Assembly (NCBI RefSeq): GCF_006345805.1
Contig: NC_043007.1
Coordinates: 34,658,001 to 34,722,000, forward strand
Length of the DNA stretch: 64,000 nt
Reading direction: 5' to 3'
Origin: Octopus sinensis
Taxonomy: Eukaryota
The notes below the pieces were generated by a model. That model was not told the DNA's origin. It worked only from the letters and a program-made list of their open reading frames with translations, and made no database searches. The stretch's first letter is position 1. Every line of letters starts with the position of its first letter. The position numbers and the translations under genes are program-made. This document shows, one piece after another, positions 25,737 through 38,612 of the stretch.

Positions 25737-25910
25737 CATATATACGACAGGCTTCTTTCAGTTTCCGTCTACCAAATCCACTCACAAGGCATTGGTCGGC
25801 CAGGGGCTATAGCAAAAGACACTTGCCCAAGATGCCACGCAGTGGGACTGAACCCGGAACCATGTGGTTGGTTAGCAAGCTACTTACCACACAGCCACTC
25901 CTGCGCCTAT
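25490..25910 (-). mobile_element. SINE-A, essentially complete copy
   Basis: Head ataggcgcaggagtggctg to (ttactctt)n tail; highly similar to 54680-55085. Confidence 0.9.
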
Positions 25911-26297
25911 GTTTAATTTTCTTTTTTTTTTTTTTGTTTTTTACTGCTTCTGTTTTGAAAATTCATCAGTATTGCTATTGATCATCTCTGAGTTATCACC
26001 CTTTTTTACCGATCTATTTTTTTTCTCCATTCGCCATATTTTAAAATATCTTTTATGTTTAATATTTCACCTGTTTATCAATCAGTTGACTGTGGCCATG
26101 CTATGGCACAACCTTGAAGTATCAAGTCAAAGATGTCGACCTCCTGAACTGTTTTTTTAAAATCTTTTTAAAGTCTGGTACTTATTCTACCAGAATAAGT
26201 CCTGGGGTCGATTTGCTCAACTAAAGGCAGTGCTCCAGCATGGCCACAGTCAAATGACTGAAACAAGTAAAAGAGTAAAAGAGTAAAAGAATAAGAA

Positions 26298-27324
26298 CTA
26301 TGGTAAAAATTTTCTCTTTCTTGATTGTCTGTCATGTTCAATGTTATTTAAGTCCCTTTTGATACTCCAGGAGTAGTCAGTCAGCATTCGTTTGTCCCAC
26401 CGTCACTGGTAGCACTCTTTCATTGTTTTGACTGATGGAATCGTTCTCCTTGCTCATCACTCACATCGCCGCAAATATCCGGAAATTCATTTAGATGGCT
26501 ATGTAAAAAATGAACCCTAATACTCAAATTAGCGCCTATGACCTGTAGACTTTTCAACGGCTTTTTCACTAACTCCTTATAGTTTTGGGCCCAGCGATTA
26601 CCTAAGAAGTTTTTCACCACGTCAACAAACGATGTCCAAGCACTTAATTCTAAGTCATTCATTGAATTAACAAATTCATCATCCTTAATGAGTTTCCATC
26701 AAACACTCCTGCTTTGAGTTTTTCGGTGCTAAGTCCTGGAAACGATTTACATATATACTCAAAACGTTTACTTTCTTTGTCGAGTGATTTTACATACTGT
26801 TTCATTGATTGCAATTTGATATGCAAGGGAGGGAAGATGATTTTTTCTTTCGGGACTAGCGCTGCGCTAATAACGTTCTTTTCACGGACCTTCAAATCTC
26901 AGGGTGGCCAGTCTTTCCTTTTCTAGTGTTTCTCTTTTGCTCTACTGTCCCACATACACAAAAAAAAAACATGGGAATTTCGTGTAGCCACTTTGTTGAC
27001 CAAGCAGGAAATTTACCAGCAAATCGGCACAGCATTTCTTTTGGTTTAGTCCCGCAACACTTTCTTTCTTATAAAAATAGTTTATTTCAGGTGGCTGACA
27101 TAAATTGTTCGGCCCATCTGAAAATTCATGGGTTTCCACTACCTTTTGTAACTAAATTTTACGATCAGCCAAGATCGTAAATTGACCTTTTTCACAAAAA
27201 TGAGCAATATCAGTACAGCAAAAATGTTAGCTAACCATGAAAAACTAAGGTCATTTTCGGAATCAGCACCATCACATTAGCTAAAAAGTTTTGTTTCTTG
27301 ATACCAAAATCGTGTTGACCAGTG
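26298..27324 (-). mobile_element. Chapaev-like (CMC superfamily) DNA transposon relic, internally deleted
   Basis: Fragments ADLLVNFLLGQQSGYTKFPCF, IIFPPLHIKL, KLKAGVFDG, VHFLHSHL, VSDEQGERFHQ..RWDKRMLTDYSWSIKRD..RKFLP*. The upstream terminus reads CACTGGTCAAC at 27324. The family name is from recall of Chapaev3 motifs. Confidence 0.7.
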
Positions 27325-28018
27325 TTTTCGGAGTAGACGTAACCTGGATTTGAAGCGGGTTCTAGAGACATGCTTTAACAAAAGCTAAGGGATGCCTCAC
27401 TTCCAGTGGTCTTCTCGCACGCCGAACACCATCCCGAAATTTCTGAGGGGCCGTGCTATTGTTAGATGGTCGCTGAACCTACACTGCAGCCGACCATCAG
27501 ATGTAGTCAACATTTGTGAGTGATATGGTGAACTCGTTGGTCAGCGCCGGCTCACTCCAACTTAGGTGAATTTGGTCGCAAATACTAGTAGGAATATAAG
27601 TACTGCCTTTCCTCCTGACTAAAAGACTAATAGAAAAAAATTCAGGGGTGACCCTAATGCAAACAGCAACAACAAAAATAACAAAGAACATATGAATTCC
27701 TTAAAGTTACGTCTGTAAGTTTTGTATTCAATTATTTATTTATTTATCATGTCTGCAGGAAAACTGTTGATTCCTCTCATTCGCAATCAATTCCTCTTCG
27801 CCGCAGTAAAAGCGGAAAGAAATAATAATAAAAACTAAAAAAAAACAAAAAAACACATATACACACACACAAAAAAAATAGAAAACGAATTAAACACGAA
27901 AATAGAGAACAAATTTTAACGTTGCTAACTTCACTTAAATTGAAATGCCTGGAGGGAATTTCAACAGACAGCGTTACCTAGAATTTCTTGGCAACTTGAA
28001 AGTGTTAATAACAATAAC

Positions 28019-28072
<54 letters not shown>

Positions 28073-28211
28073 TAAATAAATAAGTAAATAAAGATGATGA
28101 TGATTTCTTTTGCTATAGCGGAAGCTGCTGTATAGGTGCAACTGTTGTTTGCGTCATACGCGACTGTACACACACACACACACATACATACTCACACGCA
28201 CACGTACACAC

Positions 28212-28242
<31 letters not shown>

Positions 28243-28263
28243 ATATATATATATATATGTATA

Positions 28264-28309
<46 letters not shown>

Positions 28310-29167
28310 ATATGAACATATATTCATATATTTACATATATAAATAAATACATATACATGTAAATATATAGTTTAGATATATGTATATTATATATATATG
28401 TATATATTATATATATATATATGAACATATATTCATATATTTACATATATAAATAAATACATATACATGTAAATATATAGTTTAGATATATGTATATTAT
28501 ATATATATGTATATATTATATATATATATGCACACACATATACACGCACACTCGTGTTTATGCATGTGTGAGACTATATATATATATATATATATCATTA
28601 TGCACATACACGTATATATATAGAGATGGGTGTAGTGTGTGTGTTTGTGTATGGTATGTGTGTGTGTGTGTGTTTTGTCTTTTACTTGTTTTACTTATTA
28701 GACAGAAGTCATGCTGGCGCGCCGCCTTGAGAGATTTTAGAAGACGAAGCGACCCCAACACTTAATTTCTTTTTAAACCTGATTCTTATTCGATCGATCT
28801 CTTTGGCTAAACCGCTAAGTTAAGAGAACGTAAACAAACCAACACCGGTTGGCAAGTGGTGGTTGTCAGAGATACAGACACTATGACACAATCACACATA
28901 CACACATAAATGTATATATATAAGACGGGCTTCTTTCAGCTTCCATCTACCAAATCCACTCAAGGTTTTGATCAGCCCTAGGCTACTGTACAAAAAACTA
29001 AGGTGCAACGCGGTGGGACTCAACCAGGAACCATGTGTTTAGAAAGCAAAGTTCTCACCACACAGCCACGCCTTCAAAAATGGTTGATGTGAGGTATGGG
29101 TTGCTTTTATTCCGTTTTTCAAGAGAACTGGCTTATGAATGAGGCTGTGTTTGTATGGGGGTGCATG

Positions 29168-29214
<47 letters not shown>

Positions 29215-29921
29215 AGAGAGATAATGGTGTCATTGAGACCCAAAGGTGTCAGGTAATGCTGAATAAGTGCTATAGACAGAGTGATATAATTAATAAATAT
29301 CCTAGAAACAGCTGTAAGACCTATCTATAAATGCTCTAATATCTACACAGCCTTGGTTTTTTTATCTTATTACGCAAAAAATTCTTATATATATATATAT
29401 ATACACATATAGACGCAGAAATACACACACCACGTACAAACATGTTAGTAACAAACTGGAAGAATGAGTTCTCAACACTGCATAGCTGGATAAATAATTT
29501 CTTTTAATAGCAATCAATAAAACCATACAAGTTTCGTGCGAATACATTCGCAGTTATTCGAACTCTGATTCAATATTATACATGCATATACAAAAGGGTT
29601 ATAGGAGTACTGAGACAGCATTTTTGAGATTGAATTGGCAAAGTTACAATTAGATATTTAATAGATACGCTATGAAAATCCATCCCACCCCACACCCTGG
29701 TAAACTAGGTTGTTCACAGCATACATGAATTGAGATCGACTAGTTACCACCTTTGTTAAAGTCTTCGTTAGGATTCGCTAATGCAAACGTCATGAGTGCG
29801 CGTTTATTCTTTTAACTGAATTGTAAGCGTGAACAGACTTAGCGTGCCTGACCTTATATATAAGCAGTGCAAAGTTTTCTGCGTGTAATAATTAACTGGA
29901 ACACCAATCCAGTGTATTTAA

Positions 29922-29954
<33 letters not shown>

Positions 29955-29955
<1 letters not shown>

Positions 29956-30322
29956 TTCAATTCGTCTTTAGTCGAAAGACACCTGTTGTTATGTCCTGTT
30001 ATTATTCTTATTGTATTTCTTATTGTATTTATATTTGTGTAACTTTGTCCGTTTTTTTCCCGTCCTTGTTTTTGTATACATTCGCTGCTTTCTTCCAAGG
30101 AATCTAATGCTCTTAGCTTAGTTCTTCCTTGGGGCTGGCCAGATTGGAGCAATCTCAAGTATAATCAGCCGAAATTGCGAGGATAATCTTGTGCTTGACT
30201 GAGGAGAGAAAACTTCGAATGACCCGTCCTTGTTTTCTTTGTATCGCCTATCTGGATGTTTTGTTGTCCCATTTTTGTATCACCTAACTGTCCGGATGTT
30301 TTGCGTTCTTGTCCCATTTTGT

Positions 30323-30325
<3 letters not shown>
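29955..30325. repeat. Dispersed ~370-bp repeat ending at a dinucleotide tract (possible Penelope-like terminal repeat)
   Basis: Copies at ~38870-39120, ~59530-59580, ~60010-60357, and an opposite-strand piece at ~36500-36560. All same-strand copies abut (TG)n or (TA)n. Confidence 0.75.
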
Positions 30326-30371
<46 letters not shown>

Positions 30372-30672
30372 ATAAAAAGAGTAGAACACATTTATGTGAA
30401 TTTTGCATAATTTAAACAAACATGATCTAAGTGAACTAACTCAAAGTGGCCAAGTCTAAATCCCTTAGCTACTAGAGACAAGGTCGGACGGACAACTGTC
30501 GCGCTGATGACGGTTATAGAATCAGAGACAAGCTTTATTATTATATGTAAAATTGAAACGTTATTTACAAATGTAATAATACACAGACACACGCAATGCG
30601 GCAAGCTTTGGTGAGTTTAAGAATTATCTCCAATCCTGATTCCCAATATATTCTAAGTGACAAAAGTTTCTG

Positions 30673-31239
30673 TTGGGTTGTCCGGAGAGTTCGTGCCGAT
30701 TTATAGTAGCTTACCTTTCGACTTATTTTAGAACATGGTTGAGTCCATAAAATAGGATTTGACTACACCTCCATTTAGAGCACAGTTTAAGCTATCTATT
30801 CGTGGAAGAAGGCTTATGTTACTATAACCTGTATTAATTTTGTAACCCTTTAAAATGGAAGATGAGAAAGTTCATTTTCGGCACTTGATGCTTTGGGAAC
30901 CAGACAAAAATTGCTGCAGCTCGGCTGGAATGTGTTACCCCACCCTCCATATTCACCAGATATTGCTCCTTCGGATTTCCACTTACTCAGGTCTCTACAG
31001 AATAGTCGTAATAGTAAAAATTTCAATTCCTTGGATGATGTAAAAAGATACCTTGATGAATTCTTTGCCATGAAACCACCTCAATTCTGGGAAGAAGGTA
31101 TTTTCAAGTTAAAGGAAAGATGGAGACGCATTGTGCAACAAAAATGGTTCATATTTGGTTTATTAAAAATGTAATGGCAAATATTTACTGACCTTTTTCT
31201 TTCCGTTAAAAATCGGCACGAACTTTCCGGACAACCCAA
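30673..31239 (+). mobile_element. Internally deleted mariner element with both TIRs
   Basis: TIRs ttgggttgtccggagagttcgtgccgattt and aaatcggcacgaactttccggacaacccaa, with TA at 31240-31241 (left side TG). N-terminal MEDEKVHFRHLMLW is joined to C-terminal LGWNVLPHPPYSPDIAPSDFHL...WRRIV. Confidence 0.93.
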
Positions 31240-31249
31240 TATTTAAATA

Positions 31250-31573
31250 CTGTGTACTACTTACGTATTACTTTCTCCATCCACCTTTCGTCTCCTTCTC
31301 TTCATATCTCATTCTCTCTTTTGCTTGTTTGTCTTCCTCTCTTGTCTCACATGCACACCCACTCTCCCACTTTCTCTCCGTTCGATGCATACTCTTTCTC
31401 CATCTATCTTTCTCGTCCACATTCTCTCCCGCGCTCTTTCCCTTTCGTCTCCACCATAATCCCTTTTACTTTCCCTTTCATTTCCTCTACTACCTTCTCC
31501 CTCTCTCTTGTTCTACACATATTCTGCCATCATCTCTCTCTCTAGTCCCATTCTCTCTCTTGCTCTCTTTATT

Positions 31574-31610
<37 letters not shown>

Positions 31611-31858
31611 CTTCATACTTATCTACGTTACCTACATTATTCCACACATTCTGTCTCTCCCTTATTCCTGCGTACACTCAGTCATTCATTACAATCTCCA
31701 TATCTTTCTTCATCCCCCCTTATCTTCTCTCCCTTTTTCTAATCTCACTCTCATCTCTTTATATCTTAATTTCTCTCTTCCTCTGATCTTTTCCTCTCCT
31801 GCTTAACACAGATACACATACATACTCCTCTCTCCCTACATCTATCTATCTGTCTATC

Positions 31859-31927
<69 letters not shown>

Positions 31928-32340
31928 CATACCTACCTACCTACCTACCTATCTATCTATCTATCTATCTATCTACCTACCTACCTACTACCTACCTATC
32001 TATCTATCTATCTATCTATCTATCAATCAATCTATCTATCTATCTCTTGTTCTACACATTCTTTCTTTGCATGGCCCTCTTTTTCTCTGTCTCACGCTCT
32101 CTCGCTCTCTTTCTCTCTCTCTCCCACTCTTATCTCCAATACACTCTCCTTTTCCTTTACTCCCCCAACTTTCTCTCCGCCTTACCTCACACATCCCCTC
32201 TCTCTCTCTCTCTCTCTCTCTTTCTTATTCCTACATATTCTCTCTCTCTCTCTCTCTCAATCCCACATACTCGCCCTCTTTCCCTCTTTCCCTCTTTTTC
32301 TCTTATTTCCAGCCGATATTCTCCTGACAAGTAAAACCTG
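31250..32340. repeat. Pyrimidine-rich (CT)n/(CTAT)n low-complexity tract
   Basis: Read directly. Confidence 0.9.
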
Positions 32341-32662
32341 CTCCATCTTCCTCTTCCCTTGTGGTTTAACAGTCAATGACATTCCTTTCTTCGAAAGAAC
32401 TCAGGCGTATTAAGTTTACAATGGAAACGGTTTTTCATCTTAAGTTCTCAACTGGACCTCAGAGACATTTGTCGGAAAATAGAATTGCTTGTTTGTTCAT
32501 TGCATTTACGCTTCTTTATTATTATCATCATCATTCTTCTTCTTCTTCTTATTATTATTATATTATTATTATTATCATTGAGTTAGAGAGCAGTGCATGC
32601 CATCAAATTATTATTATTAATTATTATTATTATTATTATTATCATTATCATCATCATCATCA

Positions 32663-32696
<34 letters not shown>

Positions 32697-32829
32697 CATT
32701 ATCATCATCATCATCATCATCATGATTGATTTGGTTTGTTTTAGATTTTATTTGTCTTGATGCATTAGTTACGAAGTTCGGTTCAGAACGCTTTGCAATT
32801 TACCAGACGGGTATTTCCGCAGCTTGTCC

Positions 32830-33135
32830 TTTTGACAAAGCTTGACCCTGAATTCCAGGGTCAAGCAAGAACCAAGTCAGCAGGATGCTTGACATCTGAA
32901 ATGTCACCGAGCGTTCATAACTCTCTAGGACTTGAAACTGCAGCTAGCAAAACCATTGTATTATGCCAACAGTCCTCTACAGAGCAGCAACGTTGGCTAC
33001 GTACGGAGCAATAGAGAAAAGAAGATTGATGCCTGTGAGCTGTGGATATTTTGGAGTTTGGGCAGAATGAACTGGAAAGATAAGGTAACAAATGATGCAA
33101 TACTTGCAAAGCTGAAAATCCAATCCAAAGACACT
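32830..33135 (+). mobile_element. Decayed RTE-like LINE fragment (post-RT region)
   Basis: KLQLAKPL..REKKIDACELWIFW..MNWKDKVTNDAIL resembles the RTE KKIDAFELW..W..RVTNEEVL segment. Confidence 0.55.
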
Positions 33136-33469
33136 TATTGTCGAGAATCGAATTCACAAAGCTGCTTACAACTAAAACAATAACACACACGCAAACACAC
33201 ACACATACACACACGGACACACACACAAACATATATATATATAAACAAATGTGTGTGTGTGTGTGTGTATGTGTGCGTACGTATGTATATATCCACATAC
33301 GCAAATAGCAAGCAATGATTAGGCCGTTGAAAAATCACAAAGAAAGACAAAAAAAAAGCACAGACGACGGATTTCTTCATTTGTTTTTTGTTTTTTTTAG
33401 CATTTTGTTATTTTTTTTTACCTTCAGGTTGTTTAAAACGGAAAACAAACGAATAAAATAAGGACAACA

Positions 33470-33498
33470 ACAACAACAACAACAATAATGGTAATAAA

Positions 33499-33531
<33 letters not shown>

Positions 33532-33547
33532 GATAATAATGATAATA

Positions 33548-33578
<31 letters not shown>

Positions 33579-33604
33579 TAATATTAATAATAATAATAAT
33601 GATG

Positions 33605-33657
<53 letters not shown>

Positions 33658-33658
33658 G

Positions 33659-33690
<32 letters not shown>

Positions 33691-33691
33691 G

Positions 33692-33738
<47 letters not shown>

Positions 33739-34001
33739 GAGAAAGATGAAAGAAGAAAAAGTAAGAGGAAGTATACAAATATCGAGCGAAGGGGAGGTAA
33801 GGCATGGAAGGTAAAAAAAAAAAAGGAGATAATTTATGGACTAATAAACAAAGAAGAGTCGTTATACATAGAATTAAAACCAAAATAGTTTTAAATTATT
33901 CCAAGCATGAAATATATAATTTTTTTTTTTATCTTCGGTAGCAGACAAATATAGAATAGAATTTCAGATTTTTACTTTATTCCAGTTATGACAAGCAAAT
34001 G

Positions 34002-34058
<57 letters not shown>

Positions 34059-34160
34059 TGGGGAAAAAAAACTAAAATATAGACTACTAGAACTAAATAT
34101 ATCGGATATCAGTTTATCTACTTTCGGTTTCGTGTATTTTTTGTTGTTGTTGTCGACATC

Positions 34161-34193
<33 letters not shown>

Positions 34194-34212
34194 GGTGGTG
34201 GTGGTGGTGGTG

Positions 34213-34253
<41 letters not shown>

Positions 34254-34575
34254 GATGGTGGTGGTGGTGGTAGGAGGAGGAGGAGGAGGAGGAGGAGGGA
34301 GAAGAAGAAGAAGAAGAAGAGGAAGAGGAAGTAGAGGTGGAAGAGGGGGAGGAGGAAGGGAAGTGGTGATGGTGGTTATAACAGCAACAGCAGTAGTAGT
34401 AGTAGTAGTAGTAGTAGTAGTTGTTGTTGTTGTAGTAGTAGTGGTCGTCGTCGTCGTCGTCATGATGGTGATTATAGTTGTTGTAGCAGTAGGAGTGGTG
34501 ATGGTGGTCATAGTAGTAGAAGCTGCAGCAATTGTAGTAGTAGTATTAGTAGTAGTAGTAGCAGCAGCAGTTGTC
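33470..34575. repeat. Trinucleotide microsatellite cluster: (AAT/GAT)n 33470-33737, (AAT)n ~34000-34055, compound GTA/GTG/GGA/GAA/GTT/GTC 34140-34575
   Basis: Read directly. Similar ATT/ATC tracts at 32515-32725 and 51300-51710. Confidence 0.95.
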
Positions 34576-36198
34576 CTCTAACCCCATGTTGGAAGTGAGT
34601 GAAGAGACCTATGATCAAAACATTCTACCTATGGCTATCTCATCTTATATTCAAGTTATTTTGGATCTAGGACTATTTTGGATCTAGGACTATTGTCCTA
34701 AGATGATAAGGTTTGAATTATTCGTACTGTTGTCTCGTGAAAGAGCGCGATTTGAGCAAAATTTGACTGCAAACCAACAAGTACACTCTCCTTTATTGAT
34801 CTACGAAAGCCTCGACCTTTCGTCATTCGTCCGTCGTCTCATTTGGAACAATCACATCTTTATTTTAGGAACAGTGTATCTATGGCCACGCTACACAGCG
34901 TGCTCATTCTTTAAGACAACAGAGTATGATTTGAAATAGACTTGACTGTTATTTCTTGTGGGTTGACCAACTGCGTACAGACATCCACCTTGTTAACTTT
35001 CACTTTCGTTTCATGTATTTTCACAACACGTTTCTGTTAGAGATTCTGTTAATAGCCAATTGTTTTAATTTTCCTTCAATGATTGCCTCATCATATCAGA
35101 CGATAACCGTCTCACATTCAGCCTGAATGTGCTGATTTACTTTCATCCTTGCATATACACGGATATCACTTTACACGTCACCACGCGTCCACCGCCGTAG
35201 GACTTTATAAAGTACAAAACGGAGCAAAAAGTGAAATGAAAGGGAGACATTTGTACGTTATTGCATAGTCCATCATTCGTCTTTTCGTTCGTTCATTAGA
35301 TTATATATATATATATATATATATAATATAAATAATATATAAATATATGCATATATACATACATATATGTACATACCTACATATATATGTATATATACAT
35401 GCATATATGGGTACAGGACATCAAAAAAACATTGAACACAAAGAGAAACGAAAACATAAATACAAAAGCAGAAACGAACTTTTTTTCGGACAACGAAAAA
35501 CACACAGAAACGAGACATACAACATAAAGAATATTCCTCTTCTTCAGTTGTCCCTGTTTCATCTACTCCACGTTCCGAAGGCAAGGACAAGACGCGAATT
35601 CGTTGAAACAGTCCTTCCCACAAAACAAATTAAATAAAATTGGGATCTTTTGCGGAGGGTGAAAGTGGCAACAAGAACAGGACAGTGAGAACAAAACAGT
35701 AAAAACAAACGATGAGGGTTGTTAAGCCAAGACGAGTGAGTAGAATGAAGAATCTAAGCTAGGTCATTTGACCGGTAGTATTCTATAGGGCTATTTTGGT
35801 CGTATCACAGAAATTAGCAGGAGGAGGGGTATTTGAAGGCCAAAATAGCTACATTGAATACTACCCATCAAGCGACCTTGCTTAAATTTATCATACTTCT
35901 CACTCCCTTATGGTTTTTTTCCTTCTGTTATCCTAATTTCTCTCTACATTTATATTCTCCACTCCTACTGTGCTCTCTACACATTCTGATTGGCTCTTTC
36001 ACGTGTTAAAGTGTACCTCCTTGCGACAATGTAAACTTTCATTTAATCAAGATATCCTGGTCCTGTCAAGTAGCTTACAGTATATACCTCGTCTGGATAT
36101 TTACCACTTCTGCGGTTCCGTTCGCTATGAAACATATAGCCCGGATCTTATCTACTCCATTCCTTAACTCTTATATATATATATATTATATATATATA

Positions 36199-36451
36199 TT
36201 TAATCCTAAATCTAATTTTTCCCTGTAAGTTTGGATATATTCCCTAATATTATTGTTATTATATATATGAAACATATAGCCGGATCTTATCTACTCCATT
36301 CCTTAACTCTTATATATATATATACATATATATATATAAGAGTTAAGGAATGGAGTAGATAAGATCCGGGCTATATGTTTCATATATATAATAACAATAT
36401 TATTAGGGAATATATCCAAACTTACAGGGAAAAATTAGATTTAGGATTAAA
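36199..36451. repeat. 253-bp near-perfect palindrome centred on (TA)n
   Basis: The arms differ by one substitution and one indel outside the TA core. A third direct copy of the inner ~55 bp lies at 36126-36180. Confidence 0.92.
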
Positions 36452-36623
36452 TCAAATTTCACAGTATAAATATAAATTAAATTAGAGATAAAACCACTAT
36501 TAGACAACATCCAGATAGACGATACAAAAAAAACAAAAAAACAAGGATGGGTCATTCGTCACATATTTAAACTGCTAAAGGCAAATACACTGCAGTTACT
36601 GTGAGGGAAAATTTCTCTTGTGG

Positions 36624-36821
36624 TAAAATGGAAAAAATGATGGTAAATGTTTTTTAAAATCGTAGACTCATCGTAGACGCGCGCTAATACCCAGAAGGGC
36701 TCGATATGAATCACGACTATAAGATACCCGGTTTTGGTTAAACTGCACCGCAAAATGTGGGAGTAGTTAGGAATCTAAATCGTAGGAGACAGACACACAA
36801 CTTCACTTTTATATACAAAGA
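36624..36821 (-). mobile_element. Non-autonomous Helitron, 5' portion only
   Basis: Near-identical to 37900-38098; begins A|TC on the minus strand; no CTAG end found. Confidence 0.8.
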
Positions 36822-37106
36822 TATGAGACGGATTGAATAGGCTTTATTACAAATCAGAGTTATTCCAAAGCATCAATGTCAACTGTTAATTACTGAATCT
36901 TACATATATCGTACACAATATAGTATTAATATGATTCAATAATATTTGAATATATTTGTGTATATGAGCATCTTCCAGTGAATATACACGATCGGTTATG
37001 CATATACACACATAAGGTATGAACTTGTATAAAAGTAGGCTCTAGGTCTTCACAAATAACAGACCAGTATTTGTGCGTCCAAGGATTATCTCATTTATAA
37101 ATCGAT

Positions 37107-37478
37107 GGAAGCACTCCGTCGGTTACGACGACGAGGGTTCCGGTTGATCCGATCAACGGAACAGCCTGCTCGTGAAATTAACGTGAGCACTCCACAGACA
37201 CGTGTACCCTTAAAGTAGTTCTCGGGGATATTCAGCGTGACACAGAGGGTGACAAGGCCGGCCCATTGAAATACAGGTACAACAGAAACAGGAAGTAAGA
37301 GTGAGAGAAAGTTGTGGTGAAAGAGTACAGCAGGGATCACCACCATCCCCTGCCGGAGCCTCGTGGAGCTTTACGTGTTTTCGCTCAATAAACACTCACA
37401 ACGCCCGGTCTGGGAATCGAAACCGCGATCCTACGACCGCGAGTCCGCTGCCCTAACCACTGGGCCATTGCGCCTCCA
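37107..37478 (-). mobile_element. SINE-B, full-length young copy
   Basis: tRNA-like head tggaggcgcaatggcccagtggttagggcagcgg...gtttcgattccc; TSD ttataaat at 37095-37102 and 37479-37486. Confidence 0.9.
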
Positions 37479-37704
37479 TTATAAATATCACTATACGGAA
37501 ATGAAAGCCTTTTCCACATTAGTCTATTAACATCTTGAGTCCTGTTGTACTCCCACTATTCATTCAAATTCGTAGGTAACACATTACCTAAACTTCATTA
37601 TCGAGCAAGCAAAGCATATTGCTTTGCGGCTCGGGTGAATTGAGTGGTTCCCATATGGTATTCGAGGAATATAGTCGTATCTCTTTATTCTATTTTATTT
37701 TATA

Positions 37705-38098
37705 CTAGCAGTATCGCCCGGCGTTGCTCGGGTTTGTAAGGGAAATAACTATATAAGCATTTTTAGAGAGTTATAGCCAAAAAATAGCAAAAAAATGCAT
37801 TAAAAATGGAAAAAAAATTATGGTAATTTTTTTTTAATCGTTGACTCATCGTAGACATTTTTAGAGAGTTACTTCCCTTATATAATAGCGAAAAAATGCA
37901 TTAAAATGGAAAAAATGATGGTAATTTTTTTTTAAATCGTAGACTCATCGTAGACGCGCGCTAATACCCAGAAGGGCTCGATATGAATCACGACTATAAG
38001 ATACCCGGTTTTGGTTAAACTGCACCGCAAAATGTGGGAGTAGTTAGGAATCTAAATCGTAGGAGACAGACACACAACTTCTCTTTTATATATAAAGA
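37705..38098 (-). mobile_element. Complete 394-bp non-autonomous Helitron
   Basis: Minus strand A|TC...cccgagcaacgccggg-cgatactg-CTAG|T; inserted between A and T with no TSD; hairpin at 37717-37732; internal ~100-bp tandem duplication. Confidence 0.92.
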
Positions 38099-38580
38099 TT
38101 ATTTCATTTTTACTCGTTTTACTCTATGGGGTCTCTGCTATGCTGGTGCTCTAACCAGCACCGATTGTTAAGCGGAGGTGGCGGGTGGGGGGTGGGGGAG
38201 AAGTTCGAACATAAAGACAAACACACACACACATGAACATTCACGCACGTACACATGCACACATTTACACACATTCACACATACACACACGTTCACACAT
38301 TCACACTCACGCGTGCACAGACATTCGCACACACAAACACACACACACACACACACGTATATGTTACCCTTTACTCTTTACTCTTTTACTTGTTTCAGTC
38401 ATTTGACTGTGGCCATGCTGGAGCACTGCCTTTAGTCGAGCAAATCGACCCCAGGACTTATTCTTTGTAAGTTTAGTACGTATTCTATCGGTCTCTTTTG
38501 CCGAACCGCTAGGTTACGGGAACGTAAACACACCAGCATCGGTTGTCAAGCGATGCTGGAGGACAAACACAGACACACAA

Positions 38581-38612
<32 letters not shown>

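Noticed and set aside
30420-30616. Possible host exon ending at the perfect donor G|GTGAGT (30611)
   Set aside because: No convincing acceptor, reading frame or homology; a single 6-mer is expected by chance.
33972-34581. Mucin-like poly-T/P (minus) and poly-V/G/R (plus) ORFs
   Set aside because: A compound trinucleotide microsatellite that is open on both strands only because its motifs lack stops; no splice or homology support.
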